Below the pieces are notes generated by a model that saw only the letters and a program-made list of their open reading frames with translations, searched no databases and was not told the origin of the DNA. DNA of 64,000 nucleotides, from positions 3,814,662 through 3,878,661 of the forward strand of contig OZ037770.1 in NCBI GenBank assembly GCA_964035545.1, read 5' to 3'. Position numbers and translations under genes: made by a program. This document shows, piece after piece, positions 13,237 to 25,100 of this stretch; positions within the stretch are counted from its first letter, which is position 1, and every line of letters starts with the position of its first letter. The stretch is from Bugula neritina. Its lineage: Eukaryota; Animalia; Bryozoa.

Positions 13237-13242
13237 AATAAA
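13237..13242 (+). terminator. candidate polyadenylation signal of TMTC3
   Basis: AATAAA 600 bp after the stop codon. Confidence 0.45.
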
Positions 13243-13802
13243 ATATATTTTATAAATTGACATCTTATCAGTTTTCACATCTTGTGTATCATGTGAATCC
13301 ACCTTTGATTCATTATCACTGAAGAGGTCAATTTTTGTGAATAAGTGCCTCTAATAACTCTAAACCAGGTGTTTATGGTTTGTGACTTGAAATTTGCTCA
13401 ATTTGGACTCTGACATGACTTGTAACTACTTGATGGTCACCCATCCTAATAAATTTCACAACATAATAAATTACAGGATAATTTAAGACACCTTCAATAT
13501 AGTATAGGCTCTCTTTTTCAGTGGATTGAACTATATATGCCATTTAGACTTAATACTATATACATACCATCTATATTTTAGACTCAGTTTTATATTATAT
13601 GCCAGTTGTTGGAACTTTACATAAGCTAGGAAAGCTTTTCCCTAATGCATTATATTGCTTTTCACATATCATCTCAGCTAGGCCAGCTTTTTCCACATTC
13701 ATTATAGCTACTGCACAATAGCTAACCTTTTTCACTATAGTTTAAAAACACAGAATTTCCACTTATCCACGCACTTACGTCTCACACTTGTAGACTTAAT
13801 TC

Positions 13803-13883
13803 TACATACATACCATACATACCATACATACATACATACATACATACATACATACATACATACATACATACATACATACATAC
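13803..13883. repeat. (CATA)n microsatellite
   Basis: Direct reading. Confidence 0.95.
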
Positions 13884-16800
13884 CTTGGGGGTGGTAGAGG
13901 GTGGTCCTGCTCTGATTTTATTCTCCAGAGGCGGCAAAGGTCGCTCATCAGTTGAGACTGGAACTGTGCGCCTTGGTCAGAGTGTATCTGTTCGGGGAGA
14001 CCGAAGTGACAGAATACATGTTGGTCTAGCACCCTGGCCACTGTCGGGGCTGACCCATCTGGGATAGCCAGAGCGTCCGTCCACCTCGTAAAGTGGTCGG
14101 TTAATACTAAGATCCAACTATTGCCTCTGGGAGTTAGGGGCATGGGTTCAACCAGGTCGACAGCTACTACTTGCCACGGCCTTCTAGCATATAACCTTTG
14201 CCGTCCCGCTTCACCAGGGAGACGGCCATGCTTGCTGGCCTGGCAGAATTTACATTGCTTTACTCTGAGTCGGACATCACGCGCCATATTGGGCCAATAC
14301 CACCGGAGATGCAATTTGGAGATCACTCTCTTGACTCCTGCGTGAGCCTGTTTGTGAGTGTCCCAAATTAACTCACGACATATGGCACTGGGGCAGACCA
14401 CCTTTTTCCTCTCTGGGTGTCTGCCCGTGGCAGCTAGGGAAATGGTCAGCAGACCATCCTGCCCGATCCTCAGCGAGTCCCAATGCTGGCAGAATAGCCG
14501 AAATATGGCGCATCCCTGCCGCAGTTGTTCCTCGCTGGGTCGTCGTCCTTCCTTCTCGGCCCGATATATGTCTGCCACTACCCCAAGCAGCTCTTCCTGA
14601 AACTTCTTCAGCTCCCGGACATTATTGGCCAAAACAGGGTTGGCGCGGAGGTTTTGTACAACCTCCGGGGACTCGTCAACCTTCTGCCTGAGTTGACCCT
14701 GGTCCCAGTCAAACTGTGCTCCGTGGTGAGCCAGTGTTTCCAATTTACATCGCGGGGACCTCCGTCCCTCCTTTCGATGTTGAGACACAGTTTGCAAGCC
14801 CCATCAGGTCAGCGGCTCAAACCATCCGCATTGCTGTGTCTCCTGCCCGGTCGATGTTCGATCGGGTAGGAGAACTCAGCTAGGATTTCGAGCCACCGGG
14901 CGACCTGACTGGACGGATCTGCTCTCTTGCACAAGCAGATCAGGTAGGCATGATTCGTACGCAGCCGAAACTTCCTTCCATAAAGGTATGATCTGAAGTG
15001 CTTCAGTGACTTGATTACTGCCAGCAACTCCTGGCGAGTAGTGCAGTAATTTTGTTCAGTGGGTGAGAGAGACTTGCTGTAGTAAGCTACTACTACTTCT
15101 CGGCCTTCCTGCATTTGAAACAGCACAGCGCCAACATTCTGGTCAGTGGCGTCTGTGTCGAGGATGTACTCCAGAGTGGGGTCTGGGTAGGCCAAGATTG
15201 GTGCCGTCAGTCGGCAACCCTTGAGGCGGTCGAACGCTCCTTGTTTGACCAAGGTCTACTGCCACGTCACTCCCTTTGCGGTGAGCCGGTTTAACGGCTG
15301 TTCTGTCCCCGCAAAGTCTGGTATGTATTGTCTGTAATACCCTACCAGACCCAAGAAAGCCCGGAGTCCAGTCAAGTCTTGGGGGGTTGACCCAGTCCTC
15401 TACCGCCCGTACTTTCTCGGGATCCATTGCCACGCCGTTTCGACCGACAACTTCCCCCAGGTACTTGACCTCCGGCTGCAATAGAGCGCACTTGGAAGGT
15501 TTTAGCTTCAGACCGGCACCTCTGAGTCTTTCAAAAACCTCTGGCAGATGACTGACGTGTGTCTCGAAGTCTGAGGAGATCACGATAACATCATTGAAGT
15601 AGATCAGCAGTGTTTTCCAGTGGAGTCCGCTGGGGACTTGCTCCATCAGCCTCTGAAAGGTGGCCGGGACAGAGGTTAACCCGAAGGGCAGCACCTTCCA
15701 TTTCCACAGTTCGTCCCGTGTGATAAACGCCGCCTTCTCCTGGGCGTCGGAACTCAGAGGAACCTGCCAGTAACCGCTCAACAAGTCTAACGTACTGAAG
15801 TACTTGCTGTCGGCTAGGGCATCCAGTGATTCATCAATACGAGGTAGAGGGTAGGCGTCCTGTATGGTTACGCTATTGAGCTTGCGGTAGTCCACACAGA
15901 ACCGCCAACTGCCGCCTTTCTTCTGGACTAATACGACCGGCGAGCTTCACGCACTGTGGGCTGGCTTGATGAGGCCGCGGTCCAGAAGATCCCGGACTCG
16001 TCGGCTGACCTCCTTCTCCGGCCCAAACCTGCGTGTGGGTTGCCGAATAGGGACCGTTCCTGCAGTCAGCGGTATCTCAAATCTGACAGCTCCAGTCAAT
16101 CCCACGTCGTGATCCCCGCTACTGAACTCATCACCGTAGTTGCCTAGCACCTTCGCCATAACCTGGCGTTCCTCGTTGCTCTCACAGCCACCACAGGCTG
16201 TCTCATATAACTCCCAGATGTGTGTTGGGACAGTCTCTCGCCTCTTTTTCAGGCGTCGAGGGGGTTCCTCTGTCGGATTTCCCAGCGACGGGCCCATGTC
16301 CTCCTCTTGGACAGAGTGGAACCGGTCCAGCATAGACCCAGCTGGTAGCTTAATGGACTCAGTAAAGGGGTTTACACACTGCACTAAGATCTCTCTTTGC
16401 TCAGTCAGTTGGTTTAAACTGCTGGCAAGTTGGATTCTTTTGTGCGCCTTCAACTACCCTGAGTCCAGAGATCCGGTTATCATTCACTCTGCAGTGAATA
16501 GTAGCCGGGAGCGGCCTGGTTTGGTACAGTTTCGCACCACCTGCACGCCTCCCACTAAGGGGTGGCCAAACTTGTCGACACAGGCAAGTTCTCGCCCGGA
16601 CATCTCCATCGCAGACTTGCTAAAGTCGATGTGACATCCATGCCGTTTCAGGAATGGCATCCCGAGGATGGCGTCCTCCTTGAGCTGACTGACGAGAAAC
16701 GTCTCTTGGATCGTTTGATCTTGGACGCGTCCCGTCAGCTCAATTATACCGTAGAAGGGAATGCACGACCCGTCAGATAGGGTGCCACACTACCCCTCGT

Positions 16801-19150
16801 ACGGTTCCATCTTGCCCCTGACCCTAGCGCTGAGGGTGTCGAAGAGTTGGCGACTTATGAGGTTCGTGGTAAAGCCCGAATCAAGTAGGAAAGTAACAGC
16901 TCTGCACTCTATTTTGCCGGGCGAGAAATAGCTGTTCTAATGGGGCTGTACCTGTACTCGCTCTATTCGTGCTTTACTCTCGCAGGGAGCACCTCCCTCG
17001 CTTTAGGTCGCGAAGGAGGTGGTTTTGGATGGTGGTAGTTTGTCCTTGGAGGTGGGGAGGCTAAGTTTCCAGTTGCCTGTGCTGGTTCTATTCCGGATTC
17101 TCAGGCTGGAAGCCCGTCGAATCGATTGTGGAGTGGCATGGAGAAGGTAACAGCGGGGCGGAGCCCCTTACCCGTCCGCCGTGGCTGTTGCCACTCTTGG
17201 TTGTCGGCACGCGGTACCCGTCTGGGTAACCTACGTTTCCTCTTCTCTGGGGGTTCATCGCCGGCCCGCAGGAGGCGGGACCATCTGCGAGCCGCGGTAG
17301 TTTAACCCTGGAGCTAGGAGAGGGCAATATCTGCGGAAATGTCCTTGGTTTCCACAGTCCCAGCAAAGACTAACTGTTTCCCCCGGTGGCGGCGATGGCG
17401 GCTGCAGAGGCTCATAGGCGGTACCTACTAGAGTTTGATGTGTCAGTGTTGCTATCAATTTAGCCAACATGTCGGTCAGTTTGGCGACCTTCAATGCGGC
17501 AGTTAACTGTGCCACGGCAGCGGTCGCGGAGGGTTTCGCCTCCCGCTCGGCTGCCGTGTTCGTGGGCTCTATCTCCACTTGGCGGGAGTTCCCGCGATTT
17601 TTATGCATCTGGTTTGCCAAGAGATGAGCTTCCCCTTCTGCCAGAGCACTTTCAACTGTGGTAACTCTCTTAGCTAGAAATTAGTGGTAGAGTCCCAAGT
17701 CGTAGACAGACTGTACAAAAGCGTCAAGAGTATACTTCGCACGGTTAGCTTGAGGCAGATCGCTATACGCAATCTGTGCCAGCTTCATGACTGTGGTGGT
17801 ATGTTCTTGTAGCCAGGTGTGGGGATCACGCTGCAGCCTTTGTAGATGGGCCCGGGCATCAATAACAGAGATGCTGAAGCGGGCCCGCAGAGAAGGAAAG
17901 ATACTATCGATGTCTGGGCCTAACTCATAGGGCTTGGCCTAGTTCATCAATGACATTCTGAGCTTCAGCAGGGCCACCCTAGGTGGCCACTGGGCGACGT
18001 CGATTACGCCGCTAAACTCTTGAATGAATTGCTTCACTTCTTCTTCGCCCGTGAATGTGGGCGCCTTCAACCGCTAGCGGTCCTTGTTCAGCTCCCGAGG
18101 AACTCTTCGCTCTTCTACCACATGATTCACAGAAATAACATCATCTTTACGCTCACCTTCTACTGGCTGTGGTTGCGTTCCAGCGTTTTCACTCTCCATC
18201 TTGGATGTGCACTATCTCACTGCTGCCACCACTGTTATAATTTTCAGTTTTGGGTTGTGTGCAATCCAGAGAGTCTATTTATTTACTAGAGAACTTCACC
18301 AGGATAAGTCGAGTTAATATGAGTATATTTCACACACAAGAATACATCACAAAAACTATACAAATACATTCAGTCAATTGCTACGTTCATACAATTCAAC
18401 ACTCTATTCTTAACTAAATAACTGCGGGATACTAAAATATGGAAAATCCACAATTACAGGGGCGATGAAGGTTACACTGTTTGTCGGCTCTGCCAACAAC
18501 ACTGTGGGTACACCTCCCGCAGCACTCCGTCACGACCTTCTGTCTTTGTGGGGAGTTTAGCTACCACAGGGAATATATACTAAGGCACCAACGTACCATG
18601 AATTGTTTCCAAGGGAATCCTTATGACGTGGATGAAGCCTCCTACCTCACATTCCTCGATCTCATACGACCGTTCATCTCAGACTCCGCTCGGCTAGAGC
18701 GTCTTAACCAGGGACTTTCTGCTCCCCGGCCCATCACCCCTGGACTCACTACGAAGCCTCCCAGATATCTGAAAAACTCCCCTTGATCTATCCCTCGTGT
18801 CTTACTACAATGCATCAAGATAAGCCTTACAAACTTCCTCTTTTTTCCCCTCCTACAGACCGAAAGAGACGGTGGCAGCAACCTTCCCTCCACGTTCCTC
18901 AGCGTTGGCCCGCAACTTGCGGGAAGTAGAACTTAGAGCCAACAAACTCGAACAGGAGGCACATCAGCTTGCTCCTAAGGTTAAAGAGGCAGCAAGTGAG
19001 TTATGATCACTAGAAGAGTCCATATCCCAGCTCAAACGAGCCGTCAAAGAATAAGATAATATTCCCCAACCCGCCACCAACTCCCTACTCAAGGTGACCT
19101 ACTCCGCTCCATGACAAACTGGTGCTCAATAGGTGATATCGGAATATAAC
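13884..19150 (-). mobile_element. Decayed Ty3/Gypsy element (5' LTR, PBS, gag, protease, RT, RNase H, integrase), 3'-truncated
   Basis: LTR end at 18233 followed on the minus strand by PBS-like TGGTGGCAGCAGTGAGAT. Gag knuckle CWDCGNQGHFRRYC; protease FLLDSG near 16880; RT DYRKLN...YPLPRIDE...LDLLSGYWQ with YxDD decayed to YFND; RNase H LDTDA...NYCTTRQELLAV; integrase AVDLV...HSDQGAQF. Many frameshifts and stops. Outer LTR boundary (about 18476 or about 19150) uncertain. Confidence 0.88.
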
Positions 19151-19189
19151 TGTACATACTGTAGACAATCACTATGGTTCTTTGTTTTA

Positions 19190-19194
<5 letters not shown>

Positions 19195-19260
<66 letters not shown>
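19195..19260. repeat. (TA)n microsatellite
   Basis: Direct reading. Confidence 0.95.
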
Positions 19261-19268
<8 letters not shown>

Positions 19269-20104
19269 TGTCTTGATGGATGTTATTTTCTTTTTATATG
19301 TTAGTTTTTTTGGATGAACACCTTTTGTAAAAATTGCCTTAGATAACTTTGTTTTTATATATATAAAAGTTTTTTTTATAGTATGCCTCTCTTCCACTTT
19401 AGATTTAGCTGGAAGTAGACTCCCTGCTGGAGGGGGCGGTGTAGTGGCCGAGGAAGCATACTAGTTATACACATGCATTGAAGCCAATCATATAGAAGCA
19501 CATGATTACCCCCGGCGAAGCAGAATGCTTCCGGACAGTTTTTATATAGTTACAGTTGAAAGTAGTATGTGAAGATAGATAGTAGACCAGTGAATGTGTT
19601 ATAGAATTTGAAAGTATTTCTATTATTACTTGTATTAATATAAAAGCAAACAATCTAACATAATATAATTGAATAAAATTTATTGATAAAATATGAAGAG
19701 CAAACTTTGATATACTAGCAAGCTAATTGATATAATAATGTTGATAACATGGAAGTTAAAACATGTGCTTGAGACTTAACCTGGTCAGAACTTAGTGTCA
19801 CATCAAAATAGAAAGAATAATAAACTTGGCTAAATAAAAGGTGTGATATAAATAGGGGTTGTTGGTGTTTAAAAAGTCATAAAATCAACTGTTACAATAT
19901 ATTGATAATAAATATTATAACGTGACATTCTATATACTGTAGGTATAATTAAGACATAGTAGTTAAAAGTCTTTGCTAGATAATATGGCTGTCAAGTAAT
20001 AATAAACAATAGTCTCACATACCCACTCTATGTTTCAAGTCAAGAATCTTCAATAATGGAATTAAGCTTTGTGCAGCTTCAAATTGGAGTTGTGTACCGA
20101 GTAC

Positions 20105-22186
20105 TTAAGAGTTTTCTTCTCTACTAAGCCCATCGAAGCCAGGAAACAGGTAAAGTCTTTTACGGAGAGGAAGAGTCTTCCAGATTACAATCAAATTCCT
20201 GCTTCTCTCTGAATCTTCATCTGGATACAGTTTCTTAACTAGTTTAGTCTGTACCTGTAGAGTAAGTAATGACTAGTAAGATTGTTCATCAATTCACTAT
20301 TATAGCTGTGATAAAAGGTAAACTTCAGCTTTTAGAATGTTGTATCCCACTTGTAACAAATATGAACAGCAAGCACTTTGGGATTTGTCTACCGCAGTCA
20401 TATCATATAGCATTCAGCAGTACAGTGGCACTAGTATATTTGCAAACTACAAGAACATATTGACAAGGAAGAGAAACTATAATCAATATAGTGAGCCAAT
20501 ATATGCTAAAGGAATTGTAGGAGCAAAAACTACAAGTTAAACTAGAGAAAACTAGGAAAGACATTCTGTTACTAAAACTATAGTGGATATTTTTTTTAAA
20601 GGACAATAGGGTTTAAACATAGAAATGAATAAAATGATATGATGAGAAATAATATTTTAATTTCTTAAATAAAAGTTGAACTAGCCAAAAAGGTATTGTG
20701 ATTTTTAAACTTTTAAAGTTGAAATAGTTTGTGATTTGTAAAGCCACCTGCTTGAAAATGGTGTAGAGATCACGGTGACAGGCATGTTTGTAGATTGAAG
20801 ATACTAGAGCTCTAATCAGAGGAGAGCCATACTCAGGATGTCTCTTTGATGCTAAAATACAATTAAGTGCAACCAAAATCTAGGTCTATAGCCAGACCAA
20901 GTTTAACAGGTTTTAGTTATGGCATAGGCCTATCATATTAAAAATCTCCAAGTTCTGGAACACATTTTACTCTTTTCAGTTTAGAAGTTATTAGAATCAA
21001 AGCCTTTACAAAATGCGGGGATGATACAAAATCGGTAAACCACATCTTATACAAGGTACAACAGCTCAGACAAACTTATAGCCAATCACTGTCTCTTATT
21101 GTACTTACAGCAGATGTTACTCTTCAGAACAAGAAGATTATCAACATCCAGTCTTGCCATACATTCCTCTACTTTATATTCTGGTGGTGAGACAGGTCTG
21201 ATGGGTCTTATTACACTGGGTGTTTCAGGATATACAATATCATCATCAGATTCAGAATGTGTAGAAGAGACAGCTTCAGTTTCTTCTCCTTGAGCTGCTG
21301 CAAGACCTGATCTGTCTGAATTCACCTCAATGTCTGCTGCAAAACACATCTAGTTATCAGGGAAGTAGGATAGATCAAAACATCCATTTTAGCAACAAAG
21401 TCGCCTAACCAATTTTATATGACACATTTCTGAAGGTATTCCATATTTTTTGTAAAAAATCATCTTAATGAAACAAAGAAGTTTTGACTACTGTGTGACC
21501 ACTCAAATAACTGTGTCCGTTTTTATTACAAAACAATATTCACCTTCGCTGCAAGCTTCTATGATGACAACTGTAGGTTTAGGCTTTAAACTTAAAGGAG
21601 CGAGCATATCATAGAAGTCTGTAAGGTTGACCTTCTCAAGGTCAGTTCCATAGATACAGTTATCTTCTCCACCATGAGTCATAATAATCAGTATTTGACA
21701 ACCCAAGCCATTGTTTTTTTCTCCTCTTATCTCAGACTTCACAGCAGACATCATTTCCTACAAATTTGGAAATAACTATAATTATGTTGAATAATTGATA
21801 CAAGGTTATGATAACTAAATAAAAGAAATTTTTCCAACTAGCAAAAAACAATATTTTGACCAGCAATAAACATGATTTGGGTTTTTTATTCAGGCCATAT
21901 TTGAAACATTGATAAACTAAATAGTTAGTGACTGCGTCAATTTTTAAAACAAGTGTCAGGTTTCATATAGATAAACTGATTGAATACTATTGCTTTCAGT
22001 CTAACAATATTATACCTCTGCCTTTAAGTCTGTGTGTGTCTCAACATCAAACTTGAGAGATCTCAACATGACAGACACGTTCTCAACATCAGCATCTGAA
22101 CCTTCCCTGCATAAGTCTGGTCTTTCAACAAAGTTCTTGTTTCTTATTATCAGAGCTTTTCCTCTCTCTCTGGTCATACTGAACAC
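20105..22186 (-). CDS. caspase (peptidase C14A) domain, 5 exons, C-terminal part of the ROCO gene
   Basis: [19 protein letters not shown]...[11 protein letters not shown]...[12 protein letters not shown]; [11 protein letters not shown]; [12 protein letters not shown]; acidic inter-subunit linker; DNLLVLKS; [16 protein letters not shown]; ends [23 protein letters not shown] (TAA 20105-20107). Exon lengths 171/214/228/104/150 are phase-consistent. Confidence 0.9.
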
Positions 22187-25100
22187 CTGCATGGATACAA
22201 TTTTCAGACAATCGCATACAGTAGTGACATACCAGTATGTATGTCTACAGCATATTGTGAAGCACACCAAGAAAAATAATTACAATTATTCTAGAGCACA
22301 AGATGCCATTTGGAGCTTCAAAGTTGGAAGTCTCATAGAAAGCAGTATAACACTCTCTTGCAAAACCAATTTTTTATTTTTATGCCAGGTTTTAAGTTCA
22401 TTACTTTTTAGCTAAGTTGAATAAAAAAATTTTGTTTAAAAGATCCATTGTCAGCTTTACCAACAAAACATTTAAATATTCAATTAAGTGTTAATTGGTA
22501 TTTTGGCACGAGTCATTCAGGATATGATTTAATGAGGTTACAAAATACAGGTTATTACGCTGCATGATTATACTTTATTGAAAATTGCTTCTATTTAACG
22601 TTAAGTTTTTACAAAACAAGCATGTATTTGCAAGGCTGTAAAACTAAATAAGGACAATTTATGGCTATAATAAAATTTGTTTGCATATAACACTTTACTG
22701 GCCTTAAAATAGACCATGGTCTAATTTATGTAAACATAATTTTTAAAACCAAACTATCCGCAAAACATTCACTTAGCATACAGATGCAATTGATTGCAAT
22801 AGAACATTATGGTAAATTCAACTTTTAGCTTAAAGGTCACAAAAGAAATCATACTATAAAATGTTTCTCCACTAGGATTACTCTATGGTCATAGGAGTTA
22901 CTAGGAAATCTCAACCCTTTATCCCAAGCAATTCCTCTGATCTCTAATTACAACTCCTTCAGCCTTCAGGTTCTCTTAGCCTCTGACTTCCCTATAAGGA
23001 GTACTTCTACTGCTACTACTACTCTTCACTAAAGTCAAAGGAGCCCACAAAAAATTGCCCCACCTCCACCGGAATTCAAATCGCAGAAGTCTAGCTTTCA
23101 AGCATGCAAGGCAGGATAAACATCACACCACAAGGACTAATAAGTAATATCCACACAACAGATGCCTCCTAACCATGACAACCAATTGAACCCAAACTAA
23201 TAAAAGCAGAGTGGAAACTATTATGGCTAAACCAGAACCTACAAGTATAGTAAAATGATGGAATTTTAAAATGTGCATGCATTCGGATTAATTGATTTTT
23301 GAATCTAATTGAACAACTGCACGTGACAATCTAGTAAAAGGAGTTTTTGGAAACTGAAATACTCTAATGGGTGGAGAAAGGAGAGCTGCTATAACTTGTG
23401 TTCATCAACTGATAAATTCACCTTTTCAGTGTTTGAAAAGAGTTGTTTTATCCTTGAGTTGGTTGTTGGCTTTAGTTCCAGTTGTACCAACTTCATGTCT
23501 TCTTCATTCTCTTCATCAGGGTACAGATTGTCATCATCTTCAGAGAGATTACTCAGATCTTCATCATTTAACTCATCTACGATCACATGATTGGACAGAT
23601 TATTGCCAAAATTTGAAACCACAAACTGCACATCTTGCCTAGACAGGAGTAGAAGCAATTAATTTTAAAAGTCACAATTAGATATGATTTGTAGGGAAAT
23701 GTAGGGCAACATTTGCAAAGCCTATAATTTTACCAATACTGCTGGTACAAAAAGTAAGTTCTGTCTAAAGATTTTACCATTTGATTTGTTCTGCTCTCTT
23801 CGAAGTTTGAGCTCAGAAAGGAACTTCTTCAAATGAATTGTTTCTGCTTCAGAAAAAGTCTCACCTGAACAATACAGACAGAATTAGTAACATTAAAACT
23901 AGATGAAAGGCATAATTAGAAGAATATGTTATATAATCAAAAGCGTATGTTTCAAGTTTGCACATTTATAAGTTAGACTGAAAGTTTATTAAAGTAACTG
24001 CATGTGTAGTTTGCTAACATCCATCTGTTATTGAAATTCATTAATGTCTAGAAAAAAATATTAGATATGATTTGTTAGTGTAAAAAAAATATTTGAAAAC
24101 AGCTTAGAAAGAAAATCAAAAATGAATCATAATTATGTGTAGACATACATGGATGAATTAAAGCACTGGGTATCGGTTCATCATTACACAATATCTTTGA
24201 AGATCCATGACACTTCTTGACATCTGGTGGCAGTTGGCTTTTTAAAGAACGGAGACACCATTTAGGATGCAGGAACCTTTTAGGGCAAGAAACCCCCAGT
24301 ATGATGCAGTGAGCACAGATGCAGGCAGTAACTGGTCGACTAGCAGTCCAAGTTTCCATGACATGTTTGAGAATGTTGTTTGTGGCTGAAATGAGTTTCT
24401 TCCACATCTTGGAAATGTGAGGAGCATCGGATGAAACATAGAGTAAGACTCTTCTAGAATCATAGTCATGTGTCAGCTGTGTGTATATTTCATCTTGATA
24501 GACATTAGCTCCATTTCTCTTCACCTTCATTGTAGCAAACTCTTTAGAAAACAGTTCTAGCAAACCAACTGTCATTTGATGGTAGACATGCTGCGGCAAA
24601 GCCAGACCCTTGAACTTTACCTCGGTGTGAAGGACCATATCCTCTGGTGAGGTGTATGACACACTGTAATGTTCCTTAGCAAACTGAGGGGTTATAAAGT
24701 AGGGTTCATGGACATCATTTTCCAAAGGGCCATACAACAAACGGAATGTTCTAAGCAAGCAAACAGCAATCTCAACATCATGACAGCTTTTAAATAAAGT
24801 TTCCTTTGCAATCAAATATGTTAGAAGAGATTTCATCATTAAGCCAGTTGTTTTGAAGCAATTTACAGACTCTTCAAATTCTTCTGTTTCAATTCTCAAC
24901 CCTTCTCTGGAAATGCATGGTTGAAACTGGTCAACTCTCCTCTGCCAAATATTTGGATCATGATGATACAAGACACAGAGTAGTTTGGTTACTTCTGTGA
25001 TCTTGTGAAATATGTACGGTTTGAGTGCTTCAATATTCTTATACCACAAGACTTTACCGCAGTCATGCATGTATGTGAGAATAGTATCCAGCTGATCTTG

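Noticed and set aside
20105-20170. Suspected frameshift near the caspase C-terminus
   Set aside because: Recounting the A-run shows [14 protein letters not shown] is continuous in one frame.
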